NCBI GenBank assembly: GCA_018812485.1
Contig: JAHJDO010000103.1
Location: 3,929 to 67,928 of the forward strand
DNA length: 64,000 bases
Source of the DNA: a bacterium
GTDB taxonomy: Bacteria; JAHJDO01
Direction: 5' to 3'
In this document: positions 37,031 through 46,379 of the stretch, piece by piece
How the letters are laid out: every line of letters starts with the position of its first letter
How positions within the stretch are numbered: the first letter of the stretch is position 1
Translations under genes and position numbers: made by a program
The notes under the pieces: model-generated
Databases searched by the model: none
Seen by the model: the letters and a program-made list of their open reading frames with translations, nothing else
What the model was told of the DNA's origin: nothing

Positions 37031-37912
37031 TTATGTTATTTCTACTTCTTTGTTTGTTTTAGCTGATTTGTCAATTGCAAGCAACACCTTGACAGGCATG
37101 AGAAGCTCCTCGTCTGTTAAAGGGTTTTCGTTACTATTGATGGTATTTATTAATTTTTTAAACGCTTTATCGTAGCTATCCGAAGAATCTACCAGCAGAT
37201 GTCTGCTGCCTTTTTCACAGTGCAGGAGAACCTGAAACTTCCCCTTTCCTTGTCCAAGGAGATGAAGAGATACGACCCTGCCGCTTTCAAGTGTGGCTGT
37301 TACCCAGCAGTTCTTCTCATATAGTTTAGCATTAACTGTTTTCACGTCATATCCGAACCCGTTAAGAAGCATTTCAACAGTATGTATGCCGTAAAAAAAC
37401 ACCCCGCCATGTTCACTCTCGAAATCAAAGGGGCCGCCAACCATTCCTGAACAAACAGGTCCCAGCTCCTCGGTAGTCTGCCTGAAAAAATCCTGAAAAC
37501 TTGATGTCTGCCATACACTGGACCATGAAGAAAGCCATGTGTTAGTTTGGTGGCTGAGCTCTGTAAGTTCTTTTGCTTCTTCTAAGTCGCATGTTATGGG
37601 TTTATCAACAAATGTTGCAATTTTATTCTCTAGGAATAGCTTTGCATATTTCGCGTGATATTTAGCATGACGGTTCATAATAATAACTGCATCAACTTTG
37701 CCCAGCATATCCTCCGGCTTATCAACAAGTAAAGGAACCTTCCCTTGTTCCTGAACCTGTTTTACGTGCTCCAGAGTATCTCCTTCGCCCGGATATAGAG
37801 CTTCTACGAATGCACCATTCATAGTTTTCTCAACATTAAACCGCTTGCATGCCTGGTTCACATGCGAATTCTCCGTTCCGATTACTCCGAATCTTATTAC
37901 TTTTGTCTCCAT
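37031..37912 (-). CDS. Gfo/Idh/MocA-family oxidoreductase (divergent)
   Basis: GVIGTENSH, FVDKP, FFYGIHTVE. Confidence 0.82.
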   Translation of the reverse strand: METKVIRFGVIGTENSHVNQACKRFNVEKTMNGAFVEALYPGEGDTLEHVKQVQEQGKVPLLVDKPEDMLGKVDAVIIMNRHAKYHAKYAKLFLENKIATFVDKPITCDLEEAKELTELSHQTNTWLSSWSSVWQTSSFQDFFRQTTEELGPVCSGMVGGPFDFESEHGGVFFYGIHTVEMLLNGFGYDVKTVNAKLYEKNCWVTATLESGRVVSLHLLGQGKGKFQVLLHCEKGSRHLLVDSSDSYDKAFKKLINTINSNENPLTDEELLMPVKVLLAIDKSAKTNKEVEIT

Positions 37913-37934
37913 TCCTTGCGTCTTTTTTTTATTT

Positions 37935-39074
37935 TTATCTTATTTTCTGAAACTCTTCCCACATCGCCCAGAAGTTCTCTGCAGGGACATCTGCCTGGAT
38001 ATTGTGAATAGCAGAAAATACATATCCTCCATCTTCAGCAAGTATCTCAACAGATTTTTTCACATTGTCCTTAACCTGCTGAGGTGTTCCATGAGGCAGA
38101 GTCTCCTGAGTATTAACTCCTCCTCCCCAGAAACAAATGTCTTTCGAGAATTCCCCTTTTAATCTTTCAGCGTTCATACCTGCAGCATTAGTTTGCACTG
38201 GATTTAATATATCTACACCTATATCAATAAGATCTGGAATTATTTCTGATATTGCACCACAGCTATGAAAGAAAATTTTCGCCTGTGGAGCTTTTGATTT
38301 GATGAAAGACAATAGCTTCTTTTGTCTTGGCTTTAGAATCCCTCTATACATATCAGGTGAGACCAATAAACTTTGCTGCGTCCCAAGATCGTCACATTCA
38401 GCAATAATATCTGCCCGCTTTCCTGCAAATGAAAGAACTCTATCCCAGTATCGCATTTTTACTTCCAGTATTTTATCAATTAAATACTCAGCCATTTTGA
38501 CAGATGTGGCCAGGTCCATGTAAAAATTTTCGTAGCCTCTTATCCTGAAAGCCATCTCAAATAATCCTGCGCAATTGCGGTCAACTATCAGTGCCTTATC
38601 ATCAGGTATAATCTCAAGTTCTTTTCTTAATATATCAAAGTTAACTGTCTTCTCAGGATCTGGAAAATCATATGATTTCAAATCCTCAATGGTTTTTGCA
38701 TTCTGAAGAGGAGAAGCAGAGTCCTCGTTAAAGTAGAAATCTGTTTCAGTATTCATATTCCATGTTATACCCCATTCATCTTGATAGCTTATTGTTTTAT
38801 CTTCTTTAGTTGTTTTTTTGTTAAGATTGTAAACGCGTGGCGGTCCAAGTCTTATAGTATCCACACCTAAATAATCAAGAACCTGTTTTGAGGGAATAAC
38901 AATTTGCTGTATATCATCATGCATTATAAAATCACATGGCAGATTTCGCAATTTCATTGCATTTATGAAAGCTGTTTTTGTAATAGCGGTTACTGTTGTC
39001 CCGGACAAGTCGTAGGGAATTTTATCGGGTTCAGAATGTCCAAGTGCTCTTAAAACTCGCTCCCTTGATGTCAT
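37935..39074 (-). CDS. Uroporphyrinogen decarboxylase / MtaA-CmuA methyltransferase superfamily protein
   Basis: MTSRERV..AL.H.EPD.IP, DEWG, RGYENF, DDLGTQ, FHSCG, LNPVQ, FWGG, GGYVF..HNIQ. Confidence 0.88.
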   Translation of the reverse strand: MTSRERVLRALGHSEPDKIPYDLSGTTVTAITKTAFINAMKLRNLPCDFIMHDDIQQIVIPSKQVLDYLGVDTIRLGPPRVYNLNKKTTKEDKTISYQDEWGITWNMNTETDFYFNEDSASPLQNAKTIEDLKSYDFPDPEKTVNFDILRKELEIIPDDKALIVDRNCAGLFEMAFRIRGYENFYMDLATSVKMAEYLIDKILEVKMRYWDRVLSFAGKRADIIAECDDLGTQQSLLVSPDMYRGILKPRQKKLLSFIKSKAPQAKIFFHSCGAISEIIPDLIDIGVDILNPVQTNAAGMNAERLKGEFSKDICFWGGGVNTQETLPHGTPQQVKDNVKKSVEILAEDGGYVFSAIHNIQADVPAENFWAMWEEFQKIR

Positions 39075-40087
39075 AGCTTGATTGTACTTCCCTTTTTATT
39101 GGATTCCCGGACAGCGTCCAGTACTTTCATAAGATTCAGTACACTTTCAGGTGTGACTGTAAAGGATTTTTCCCCATGTATTGCCTGAGCCAGTTCTCTG
39201 TAAATTACAGAAGCATCTCCGTAAATAAACTTTCCAACAGGTGTTCTCTCTATAACATCTCTCTTCTCGCTATTACCGGGAATACCCGTAACAAATTCTT
39301 GTTTCTTTTTCGAGACAACTACATAAACATATTTTTCATCCGACGTAATTGTTCCAAGTGAGCCCTGTATAAACCATCTGGGAAGCTGTTCTGCGCCGAT
39401 ACCAATATTTATTTCACCTATTATATCAGAGTTTTTAAAAGCAAGAATAGTTTTAATGCTATCCTCGACATCTCCTGGATTAATGGCCTGCCAGAGTTTT
39501 CCCCATACGCTTTCCACAGGTTCCTTAACCAGTTCTATAACCTGATCAATAAGATGAGGTCCCCAGTTCAGAAGATAGCCGCCGCCGAATTTGCTCTTTG
39601 TCTGCCAGTCATGCCGTACATCATAGAACAGAAAATTTCTTTGAATACTGAATACCTTCCCGATTTCACCTTCCGCAATTATTTTTTTAATCTGTGTAAA
39701 ATCCGTTCCCCAGCGAGATGGCTGCCATGGAGCCAGTATCCTTTTGTATTTTTTTGAGGCATCCAGCATTTTTTTTACCTGAACTGCATTAATTGCCATT
39801 GGTTTTGTAACCAGAACATGTGCCCCTTTTTTCATAGCTTCAATCGCCATTGAAGCGTGTTGGTCACTTCTTGTGATAATACATGCAAGGTCTATTTTTT
39901 CTTTTTTGAGCAAAGAGGATAGATTATTGTATGTGGAACATCCAAACCGCTGGTAAGCTATTTTCTGTCTTTCCTTATCAGGGTCACATACAGCCACTAC
40001 CTTATACTCAGGCAGAGCTTCAAGCGGGTCTGCATGAAGTTTACTTCCACTGCGTCCATAACCAATAATTGCTGTTCTTATAGCCAT
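39071..40087 (-). CDS. Gfo/Idh/MocA-family oxidoreductase
   Basis: GYGRSG, VTKPM, GGGYLLNWGPHLID; paralog of 35974-37020. Confidence 0.9.
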   Translation of the reverse strand: MAIRTAIIGYGRSGSKLHADPLEALPEYKVVAVCDPDKERQKIAYQRFGCSTYNNLSSLLKKEKIDLACIITRSDQHASMAIEAMKKGAHVLVTKPMAINAVQVKKMLDASKKYKRILAPWQPSRWGTDFTQIKKIIAEGEIGKVFSIQRNFLFYDVRHDWQTKSKFGGGYLLNWGPHLIDQVIELVKEPVESVWGKLWQAINPGDVEDSIKTILAFKNSDIIGEINIGIGAEQLPRWFIQGSLGTITSDEKYVYVVVSKKKQEFVTGIPGNSEKRDVIERTPVGKFIYGDASVIYRELAQAIHGEKSFTVTPESVLNLMKVLDAVRESNKKGSTIKL

Positions 40088-40135
40088 AGAATTTAACCTG
40101 TTTTTTTCAGAATTTTAACATATAAAAACACGAAC

Positions 40136-40174
40136 GTCTTTAGAATAAATCACTTTTTTGTTGGATTTTTCACT
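40136..40174 (-). repeat. 39-bp direct repeat copy A; putative AraC operator overlapping -35
   Basis: 38/39 identical to 41426-41464; followed on the minus strand after 18 nt by TAAAAT with TGn extension. Confidence 0.9.
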
Positions 40175-41394
40175 ACTGAAGAACAAACATCTCTAACAAT
40201 TCTTACCCACTCTCGGACTCTATTAGGATCATTCTCTACTGTTTGTACATCTTTCAAAGTAATATCGATATAACATCCTTTTGCAATTTCAATTGCGTTT
40301 TTAACAACTTTGCGAACATGATCAGGATTAAACCCACAGCTTACCATATCAGCCGGATTTGGTCTCCACGAGATAATATAATCCTGTTGAATCTGCTCAA
40401 CACATCTCTGTAAATCAGCCCATGGTGTTACAGCAATGCGCCTCAGATTAGGAATTCTACGAAGCATATCTATCTTTTTAGTGAGATTCTCGCAGCACCC
40501 ATATGAAACAAGACCAAACTTCTCCATAATTGGTAACTGGTAATTAAACATAAACTCCTCATGCATTTGTGGTGATATAAGAGTAAACTCCTGTGCTGCC
40601 ATGAATATCCACAGCTTATCACGGGTAACAGGCTTACTGTTTGCCTCTGGATCAGGCGACTCCTCAGCATAAGGCATTGCCTGATTATAATGATTACATA
40701 AACACCAATCTCCTGCATCCTCAGCCTCCTGATGGGTTCTCAGAATTCCATCACGCATAAAGGAAAGAAGTCTGTGTAGCCATTCGGGATTGTCCGTCAT
40801 ATCCCACATAATCTGTTCCAGACCACGCAGATTAGCCAGCTGAGTTGAAATATCAGCATTCCAGATTTTATAAAGAGGAGCTCTGTCTACATTTACTGTG
40901 AGAATATTGCCGATTGTTTCTTCAAGACGCGCTACATTCCTAGCAGTTTTCTTCTCATCAATTATATGATGAGGCATAACCATTTTGTCAATATCCTTCA
41001 AATCCTTAATAGGAGGATCGTATTTCCATGAACCGCGCTCTTCAGAGCTTGGTGTGCGTCCAATCTTAGTGCCCCAAATTCCCTCAGCTCCAGAAACATA
41101 CGAGACTTCTTGCGTAATCCATGGCTCAAATATGTAATCATCTCCTATTGTATCCTGAAAAATCATCTGGCGCAGGAAATTCTCATGACTGCGAAAGAAA
41201 GGGTTTTCACATTTCAAGATAGCCTCAGGCATCTCTTTCCACGCAAAGGCACGCACATAGATGGGAATTTGTGTTCTAATAAAGCTATTGTGCTGTCGCC
41301 ACAGGGTACGACGCTCCTTTTGCACATCTCTATTGCAAACCTCAAGATATCGCCTGGCGAGGTCACGTAGAATAACTTTGTCATTTGAAGTCAT
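40150..41394 (-). CDS. Divergent URO-D-like TIM-barrel protein of unknown function
   Basis: LRGLEQIMWD..DNPE..H.LL, AQEF..ISP.MHEEF, YGCCE, SWRPNP, ITLKD. Confidence 0.72.
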   Translation of the reverse strand: MTSNDKVILRDLARRYLEVCNRDVQKERRTLWRQHNSFIRTQIPIYVRAFAWKEMPEAILKCENPFFRSHENFLRQMIFQDTIGDDYIFEPWITQEVSYVSGAEGIWGTKIGRTPSSEERGSWKYDPPIKDLKDIDKMVMPHHIIDEKKTARNVARLEETIGNILTVNVDRAPLYKIWNADISTQLANLRGLEQIMWDMTDNPEWLHRLLSFMRDGILRTHQEAEDAGDWCLCNHYNQAMPYAEESPDPEANSKPVTRDKLWIFMAAQEFTLISPQMHEEFMFNYQLPIMEKFGLVSYGCCENLTKKIDMLRRIPNLRRIAVTPWADLQRCVEQIQQDYIISWRPNPADMVSCGFNPDHVRKVVKNAIEIAKGCYIDITLKDVQTVENDPNRVREWVRIVRDVCSSVVKNPTKK

Positions 41395-41425
41395 ATGACG
41401 AATGCTAGCACAATAACTGATAGCT

Positions 41426-41464
41426 GTCTTTAGAATAAATCACTTTTTTGTTTGATTTTTCACT
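41426..41464 (-). repeat. 39-bp direct repeat copy B; putative AraC operator overlapping -35
   Basis: AGTGAAAAATC(A/C)AACAAAAAAGTGATTTATTCTAAAGAC, with AGTGA repeated at 20 bp; followed after 18 nt by TAGCAT with TGn extension and ATG 7 nt later. Confidence 0.9.
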
Positions 41465-41468
41465 GTAG

Positions 41469-42314
41469 CTATACTGTTTCGGAGAGAGAAGCCAGAAATT
41501 CAGATGGAGTAATTCCTTCTTTTTGCTTGAATATGTAGCTGAAATAATGGGAGTCTTCATATCCAATAAGAGAAGAAATTTCAGAGATGTTATGATCTGT
41601 TTCAATAAGCAGTCGCTTTGCATTGTTGATTCTTGTACTGGTAAGGTAATCAATAGGGGATTTACCTGTAATTTTCTTAAAAATATTACCAAAATATGTT
41701 TCGCTTAAATTTGCTTCTCTGGCTATGTCCTGCAGGCTTATATCTTTTTGATAATTAGTTCGTATGAATTTTTCTGCTTTGATTATATTTTTATAACTTT
41801 TTATTCTTCGGAATTGAAATGAGTCTCTTGCGTTTAAATAAGCGTTTAAAATGAGTCCTAATAAAGCTTTTAACTCCCCGCTTGTAATGATTGAAGAAGT
41901 TGTTGAGTTATTGCGTAGGTGATAAACAATAGCAGAACAGATGCTTCTTGCTTCGATATCTGCTTTCAGGTGGACAATGCGAGGCCATATTCGATTGTTC
42001 TTCAGTAGAGGTGTTTTCTTCCTCAACTTATTTGTATTATAAAAATCGAAGTGGATATAGTAGCGGACAAAGTCTTCATGTCCCTCTGTATATACCCTGA
42101 AATTTTCTCCAGGATATACGAGGAGCACATCCCCTTTCTCCAGATGATATTCAGTATTATCTACAATTAACGCACCTTTACCTGATGCAACAAAATGAAG
42201 ATCATGGTCAGGACAAGCCTGACATTTTTTGGGTTTTTCAACAAATCCTGGTGAAGAACTGGTTTTTCCTGCAGAATTCACCACTGGAGAAATATTGTTA
42301 AGGTCTTTAGTCAT
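41469..42314 (-). CDS. AraC-family transcriptional regulator
   Basis: Cupin-like N-terminus (LHFVASGKG, YYIHFD); HTH (ISSLIGYEDSHYFSYIFK..G.TPSEF). Confidence 0.92.
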   Translation of the reverse strand: MTKDLNNISPVVNSAGKTSSSPGFVEKPKKCQACPDHDLHFVASGKGALIVDNTEYHLEKGDVLLVYPGENFRVYTEGHEDFVRYYIHFDFYNTNKLRKKTPLLKNNRIWPRIVHLKADIEARSICSAIVYHLRNNSTTSSIITSGELKALLGLILNAYLNARDSFQFRRIKSYKNIIKAEKFIRTNYQKDISLQDIAREANLSETYFGNIFKKITGKSPIDYLTSTRINNAKRLLIETDHNISEISSLIGYEDSHYFSYIFKQKEGITPSEFLASLSETV

Positions 42315-42319
42315 ATTAG

Positions 42320-43531
42320 CTATTCTGACATGTTCTTTATGACTTCATCTCCAAACTCAGAGCACTTAAGAAGCTTTGCTCCATTCATCAATCTTTCAAA
42401 ATCATATGTAACTTTTTTGTTTAAGATTGCTTTACTTATTCCTTTAGCAATAAGATCCGCGGCCTTCTCCCATCCAATATATCTAAGCATCATCTCTCCA
42501 GACAATATTAATGAGCCGGGGTTTACTTTATCCATACCCCTGTACTTAGGCGCTGTACCGTGAGTTGCCTCAAATATTGCGTGACCGGTGTCATAATTGA
42601 TATTCCCTCCGGGTGATATTCCGATGCCTCCTACCTGTGCAGCTATCGCGTCTGAAATATAATCTCCATTGAGATTCATTGTAGCTATTACATCGAATTC
42701 GTCTGTTCTTGTTAATATTTGCTGCAAGAAAATATCAGCAATAGTATCTTTTATTAAGACTTTTCCCTGAGGAACGATTCCTTTACATTTATCCCATGAT
42801 ATAACTTCTTCTGAAAACTCATCCTTTGCCAGCTCATATCCCCAATTTCTAAACGCACCCTCTGTGTATTTCTGAATATTGCCTTTATGAACAAGAGTTA
42901 CGCTTTTTCTTTTGTTCTCTATTGCGTAATTTATTGCTGCTCTTATTAATCTTTTACTTCCAGTCTCACTTATTGGTTTTATTCCTACGCCAGAGTCTTC
43001 TCTGATGTGCCATCCAAAAGAATCTTTGCAAAAGCTAATAAGCTTCTTTACATCTTCTGAATATGCTTGTAGTTCCAGACCTGCATAGACATCTTCAGTA
43101 TTTTCCCGAAAAACAACTACATCAACCTTCTCTGGATGCTTAACCGGACTCGGAACGCCTTTGAGCCATCTTACTGGCCGCAGACAAACGTATAGATCCA
43201 ACGATTTCCTAAGAAGAACATTTAGACTTCTGAAGCCGCCGCCAACAGGCGTTGTTAGTGGCCCTTTTATCCCCACCAGATATTTCTTGAAAGCATTAAC
43301 TGTTTCTTCAGGCAGCCATTCTTTGGTTTTTTTATATGCTTTTTCTCCTGCAAATATTTCTTTCCATACAATTTGTCTCTTGCCTTCATACGCCCTATCA
43401 ACAGCCACGTTGAATACTCTTACTGAAGCTCGCCAGATATCAGGACCAGTTCCATCTCCCTCAATAAAGGGAATAATTGGTTTATCAGGCACATGAAGTT
43501 TTCCTTCCCTCATCCTGATTAGATTGTCCAT
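42320..43531 (-). CDS. icd: Isocitrate dehydrogenase
   Basis: [52 protein letters not shown]. Confidence 0.97.
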   Translation of the reverse strand: MDNLIRMREGKLHVPDKPIIPFIEGDGTGPDIWRASVRVFNVAVDRAYEGKRQIVWKEIFAGEKAYKKTKEWLPEETVNAFKKYLVGIKGPLTTPVGGGFRSLNVLLRKSLDLYVCLRPVRWLKGVPSPVKHPEKVDVVVFRENTEDVYAGLELQAYSEDVKKLISFCKDSFGWHIREDSGVGIKPISETGSKRLIRAAINYAIENKRKSVTLVHKGNIQKYTEGAFRNWGYELAKDEFSEEVISWDKCKGIVPQGKVLIKDTIADIFLQQILTRTDEFDVIATMNLNGDYISDAIAAQVGGIGISPGGNINYDTGHAIFEATHGTAPKYRGMDKVNPGSLILSGEMMLRYIGWEKAADLIAKGISKAILNKKVTYDFERLMNGAKLLKCSEFGDEVIKNMSE

Positions 43532-45477
43532 TATTGTTTGTCCTTTCTTTTTATATAATTTAATAAACCTCCTGCCACTATTATCTGTTTTTCCTTTTCG
43601 GTAAAATCATATTTTAACTCAATATCAACATTCTTGGTTTTGTTTTTTAAAACTAGTTTCGCATTTTTTGTTATTATTTTCTCTATACTTCGAATTTCCA
43701 CAATATCTCCTGCATTTAGATGCTTATAATAATCTGGTTTTATAAAGATAAGAGGCAGGATGCCAAAGTTTATTAAATTGGTTCTATGGATTCTTTCTAT
43801 AGATTTTGCAATAACAGCTTTTACTTCTAGATGCATTGGACACATAGCTGCATGTTCGCGGCTTGAACCCTGTCCATAACTCAGTCCAGCCACAATAATA
43901 TTACTATAACCATCTAATTTATTGTCCTTACATCGGCTCGTGAAAGATGGATCAATTTCTTCAAATACAAATTGAGAGTATTTTTTAATATTGGAGCGAT
44001 ATTTCAATCTTGATCCTGCAGGCATTATATGGTCAGTGGTAATTTCATCTCCTACCTTAATTGCAATTTTAGCATTGATGTTTTCAGACAAAGGTTTGTT
44101 TTTAGGAGGATCTCCAATGTTCGGACCTTTATGTATCTTTGTTTTTTTGCCCTCAGGTGCCGGGTGAATGATCATAGTATCATCTATATGAAATTTCTTT
44201 GGCAGATCAAAGGATGGAAAAACCAGTTCTTTAAGATCACGTGGATCAGTGATTATTCCAGACAGCGCACATGCCGCAGCTGTTTGGGGACTTGATAGGT
44301 AAACAGAAGCAGATTGAGTTCCCGAGCGACCCTTGAAATTTCTATTACTGGTTCTGATGCTTACTGCTCCTGTGGCTGGAGCGTGGCTATTCCCAATGCA
44401 GAACCCACATACACATTCTGCAATTCTGGCACCTGCATCAATCAAGGTGGAAAGGCTGCCGTCATCTGTTATCATTTTTAATACCTGCCTTGAACCTGGG
44501 GCAACTACAAAGCTTACGTTCTGTGGAATTTTATGTCCTTTGACTATATGAGCAACTGTCTTAAGGTCATTGTAGGAAGAGTTGGTGCAACTGCCAATGA
44601 TTACTTGATCTACTCTTTTCCCAGCTAGTTCTCTTACGGGAACAACATTACCCGGGCTATGAGGACACGCCAGCATGGGTTCAATTTCAGCAAGATCAAT
44701 GTTTATTACTTTTTTATATTTAGCATCTGAGTCTGCCTTTAATTCTTTCCACGCACTTTCTCTATTTTCAGCTGCAAGAAATCTTTTTGTAAGAAAATCG
44801 CTTGGAAAAGCTGATGTTGTCACGCCAAGCTCTGCACCCATATTGGTTATGGTTGCCCTTTCAGGGACATCTAGGCTTTTAAGCCCGCTGCCTCCATACT
44901 CTATTATGGTTCCAACGTTTCCTTTGGTGCCAAACATCTTTAAAATTGTAAGTATTATATCCTTTGCGTTTATCCATGGATTTAATTTGCCTTCCAGATT
45001 GATGCGGATGATTCTGGGATAACGCAGGGTATATTCGCATGTTCCCATTGCCACAGCCACGTCTAATCCACCTGCTCCGATAGCAAGCATTCCCATCCCT
45101 CCGGCTGTTGGAGTGTGGGAATCCGAACCAAGAAGTGTTTTTCCAGGCTCCGCAAACCTTTCCAGATGCACCTGATGGCATATTCCATTTCCAGCTCTGG
45201 AAAAATAAGCTCCATATTTAGAAGCAGCAGTTTGAAGGTAGCAATGGTCATCAGCATTCTCAAAACTATCTTGTATAGTATTATGATCAACATAACTGAC
45301 AGATAGCTCTGTTTTTATCTTTTGAATTTCAAGAGCTTCAAACTGCAGGTAGGCCATTGTTCCTGTAGCATCTTGTGTAAGGGTCTGGTCTATTTTTAGA
45401 GTAATTTCTTCACCAGATATCATTTTCCCTTTCAGGAGATGTTCTTTTATGATTTTTTCTACTACACCTAAACCCAA
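43531..45477 (-). CDS. Aconitate hydratase (compact bacterial/archaeal type)
   Basis: [48 protein letters not shown]; start probably TTG 45477 behind GAGGAGG. Confidence 0.93.
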   Translation of the reverse strand: MGLGVVEKIIKEHLLKGKMISGEEITLKIDQTLTQDATGTMAYLQFEALEIQKIKTELSVSYVDHNTIQDSFENADDHCYLQTAASKYGAYFSRAGNGICHQVHLERFAEPGKTLLGSDSHTPTAGGMGMLAIGAGGLDVAVAMGTCEYTLRYPRIIRINLEGKLNPWINAKDIILTILKMFGTKGNVGTIIEYGGSGLKSLDVPERATITNMGAELGVTTSAFPSDFLTKRFLAAENRESAWKELKADSDAKYKKVINIDLAEIEPMLACPHSPGNVVPVRELAGKRVDQVIIGSCTNSSYNDLKTVAHIVKGHKIPQNVSFVVAPGSRQVLKMITDDGSLSTLIDAGARIAECVCGFCIGNSHAPATGAVSIRTSNRNFKGRSGTQSASVYLSSPQTAAACALSGIITDPRDLKELVFPSFDLPKKFHIDDTMIIHPAPEGKKTKIHKGPNIGDPPKNKPLSENINAKIAIKVGDEITTDHIMPAGSRLKYRSNIKKYSQFVFEEIDPSFTSRCKDNKLDGYSNIIVAGLSYGQGSSREHAAMCPMHLEVKAVIAKSIERIHRTNLINFGILPLIFIKPDYYKHLNAGDIVEIRSIEKIITKNAKLVLKNKTKNVDIELKYDFTEKEKQIIVAGGLLNYIKRKDKQ

Positions 45478-45497
45478 TTTTATGCCCTCCTCATTCT

Positions 45498-46379
45498 TTA
45501 ATTTCTCCATTGTCTTTGGTAATAAGCAATACCGCGATTATTGGCAGTATCTGATAGGTAATGATTATTACTAATAGCAAATTTCATTTGAGCGACAGAT
45601 AGTTCCGGCTTAGCCTGTTTTGCGTAAACCAATCCCAGATTGTAATAAGCATAATAGAATTTCGGGTCGTATTTTATAGCAAGTTTTAATTGCTTTTCGG
45701 CTTGTGCCAGCTTATCTTCCTGCAAATATACAGCGCCTAAGTTATTGTAAGAAACAACATGTTTCGGATCATGCTTAATAGCGAGTTTATATTGCTCTTC
45801 AGCTTTCTCTAATTTACCCTGTTTCCAATAAATAACTCCAAGATTGTTATAACTGTCAGAATATTGAGGACTATGCTTTACGGCAAGCTTCAAGTTTTTT
45901 ATAGCATCTGGAGTATTATTTAAATCAAAATAGAGCCCGGCGAGATTAAAATATGCCCAGCTATATTTGGGGTCATAAGAGATGGCAAACTTGTAATGCC
46001 CTGCCATTTGTTCAATTTGCCCAAGTTTTTTATAAATCTCCATTAAACAATTATAAGCCTTGATATATTTAGGATTATACTTAAGAGCGAACGTGTATTG
46101 AGATATAGCCTTATCCAGTTTATCCTGCTTATCATATACTTTCCCCAGATTATAATAAGCTTCCACGTACGCAGGACTATATTTTATGGCAAGTTTATAG
46201 TATTTGACAGCCTTTTTAATTTCTTCATTATCAACGTGTTTTTCTGCAAGGACGAAGTATTCTTCAGCTTTTTTTCTATTTGCATCCGAGAGCTGAAAAA
46301 GCTCTGTGTCTGATTGAGAATAAGAATACGCGGAAGAGGAAAACAGGAAAAATATTGCAAATATGGTGATTGCTTTCAT
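45498..46379 (-). CDS. Secreted tetratricopeptide-repeat protein
   Basis: Signal peptide; about seven 34-aa repeats (AYYNLG.VY...A...Y.LAIK..P). Confidence 0.9.
   Translation of the reverse strand: MKAITIFAIFFLFSSSAYSYSQSDTELFQLSDANRKKAEEYFVLAEKHVDNEEIKKAVKYYKLAIKYSPAYVEAYYNLGKVYDKQDKLDKAISQYTFALKYNPKYIKAYNCLMEIYKKLGQIEQMAGHYKFAISYDPKYSWAYFNLAGLYFDLNNTPDAIKNLKLAVKHSPQYSDSYNNLGVIYWKQGKLEKAEEQYKLAIKHDPKHVVSYNNLGAVYLQEDKLAQAEKQLKLAIKYDPKFYYAYYNLGLVYAKQAKPELSVAQMKFAISNNHYLSDTANNRGIAYYQRQWRN

Noticed and set aside
37935-39074. Annotation as hemE
   Set aside because: Carries the HxC Zn-type motif, lacks the RQAGR motif of true HemE, and has no tetrapyrrole gene context
40136-41464. 39-bp repeat as a CRISPR repeat
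   Set aside because: Only two copies, 1290 bp apart with a gene between them; no spacers or cas genes
45498-46379. Roughly 102-bp periodicity in DNA
   Set aside because: Explained by protein-level TPR repeats; likewise for the S1 repeats in rpsA
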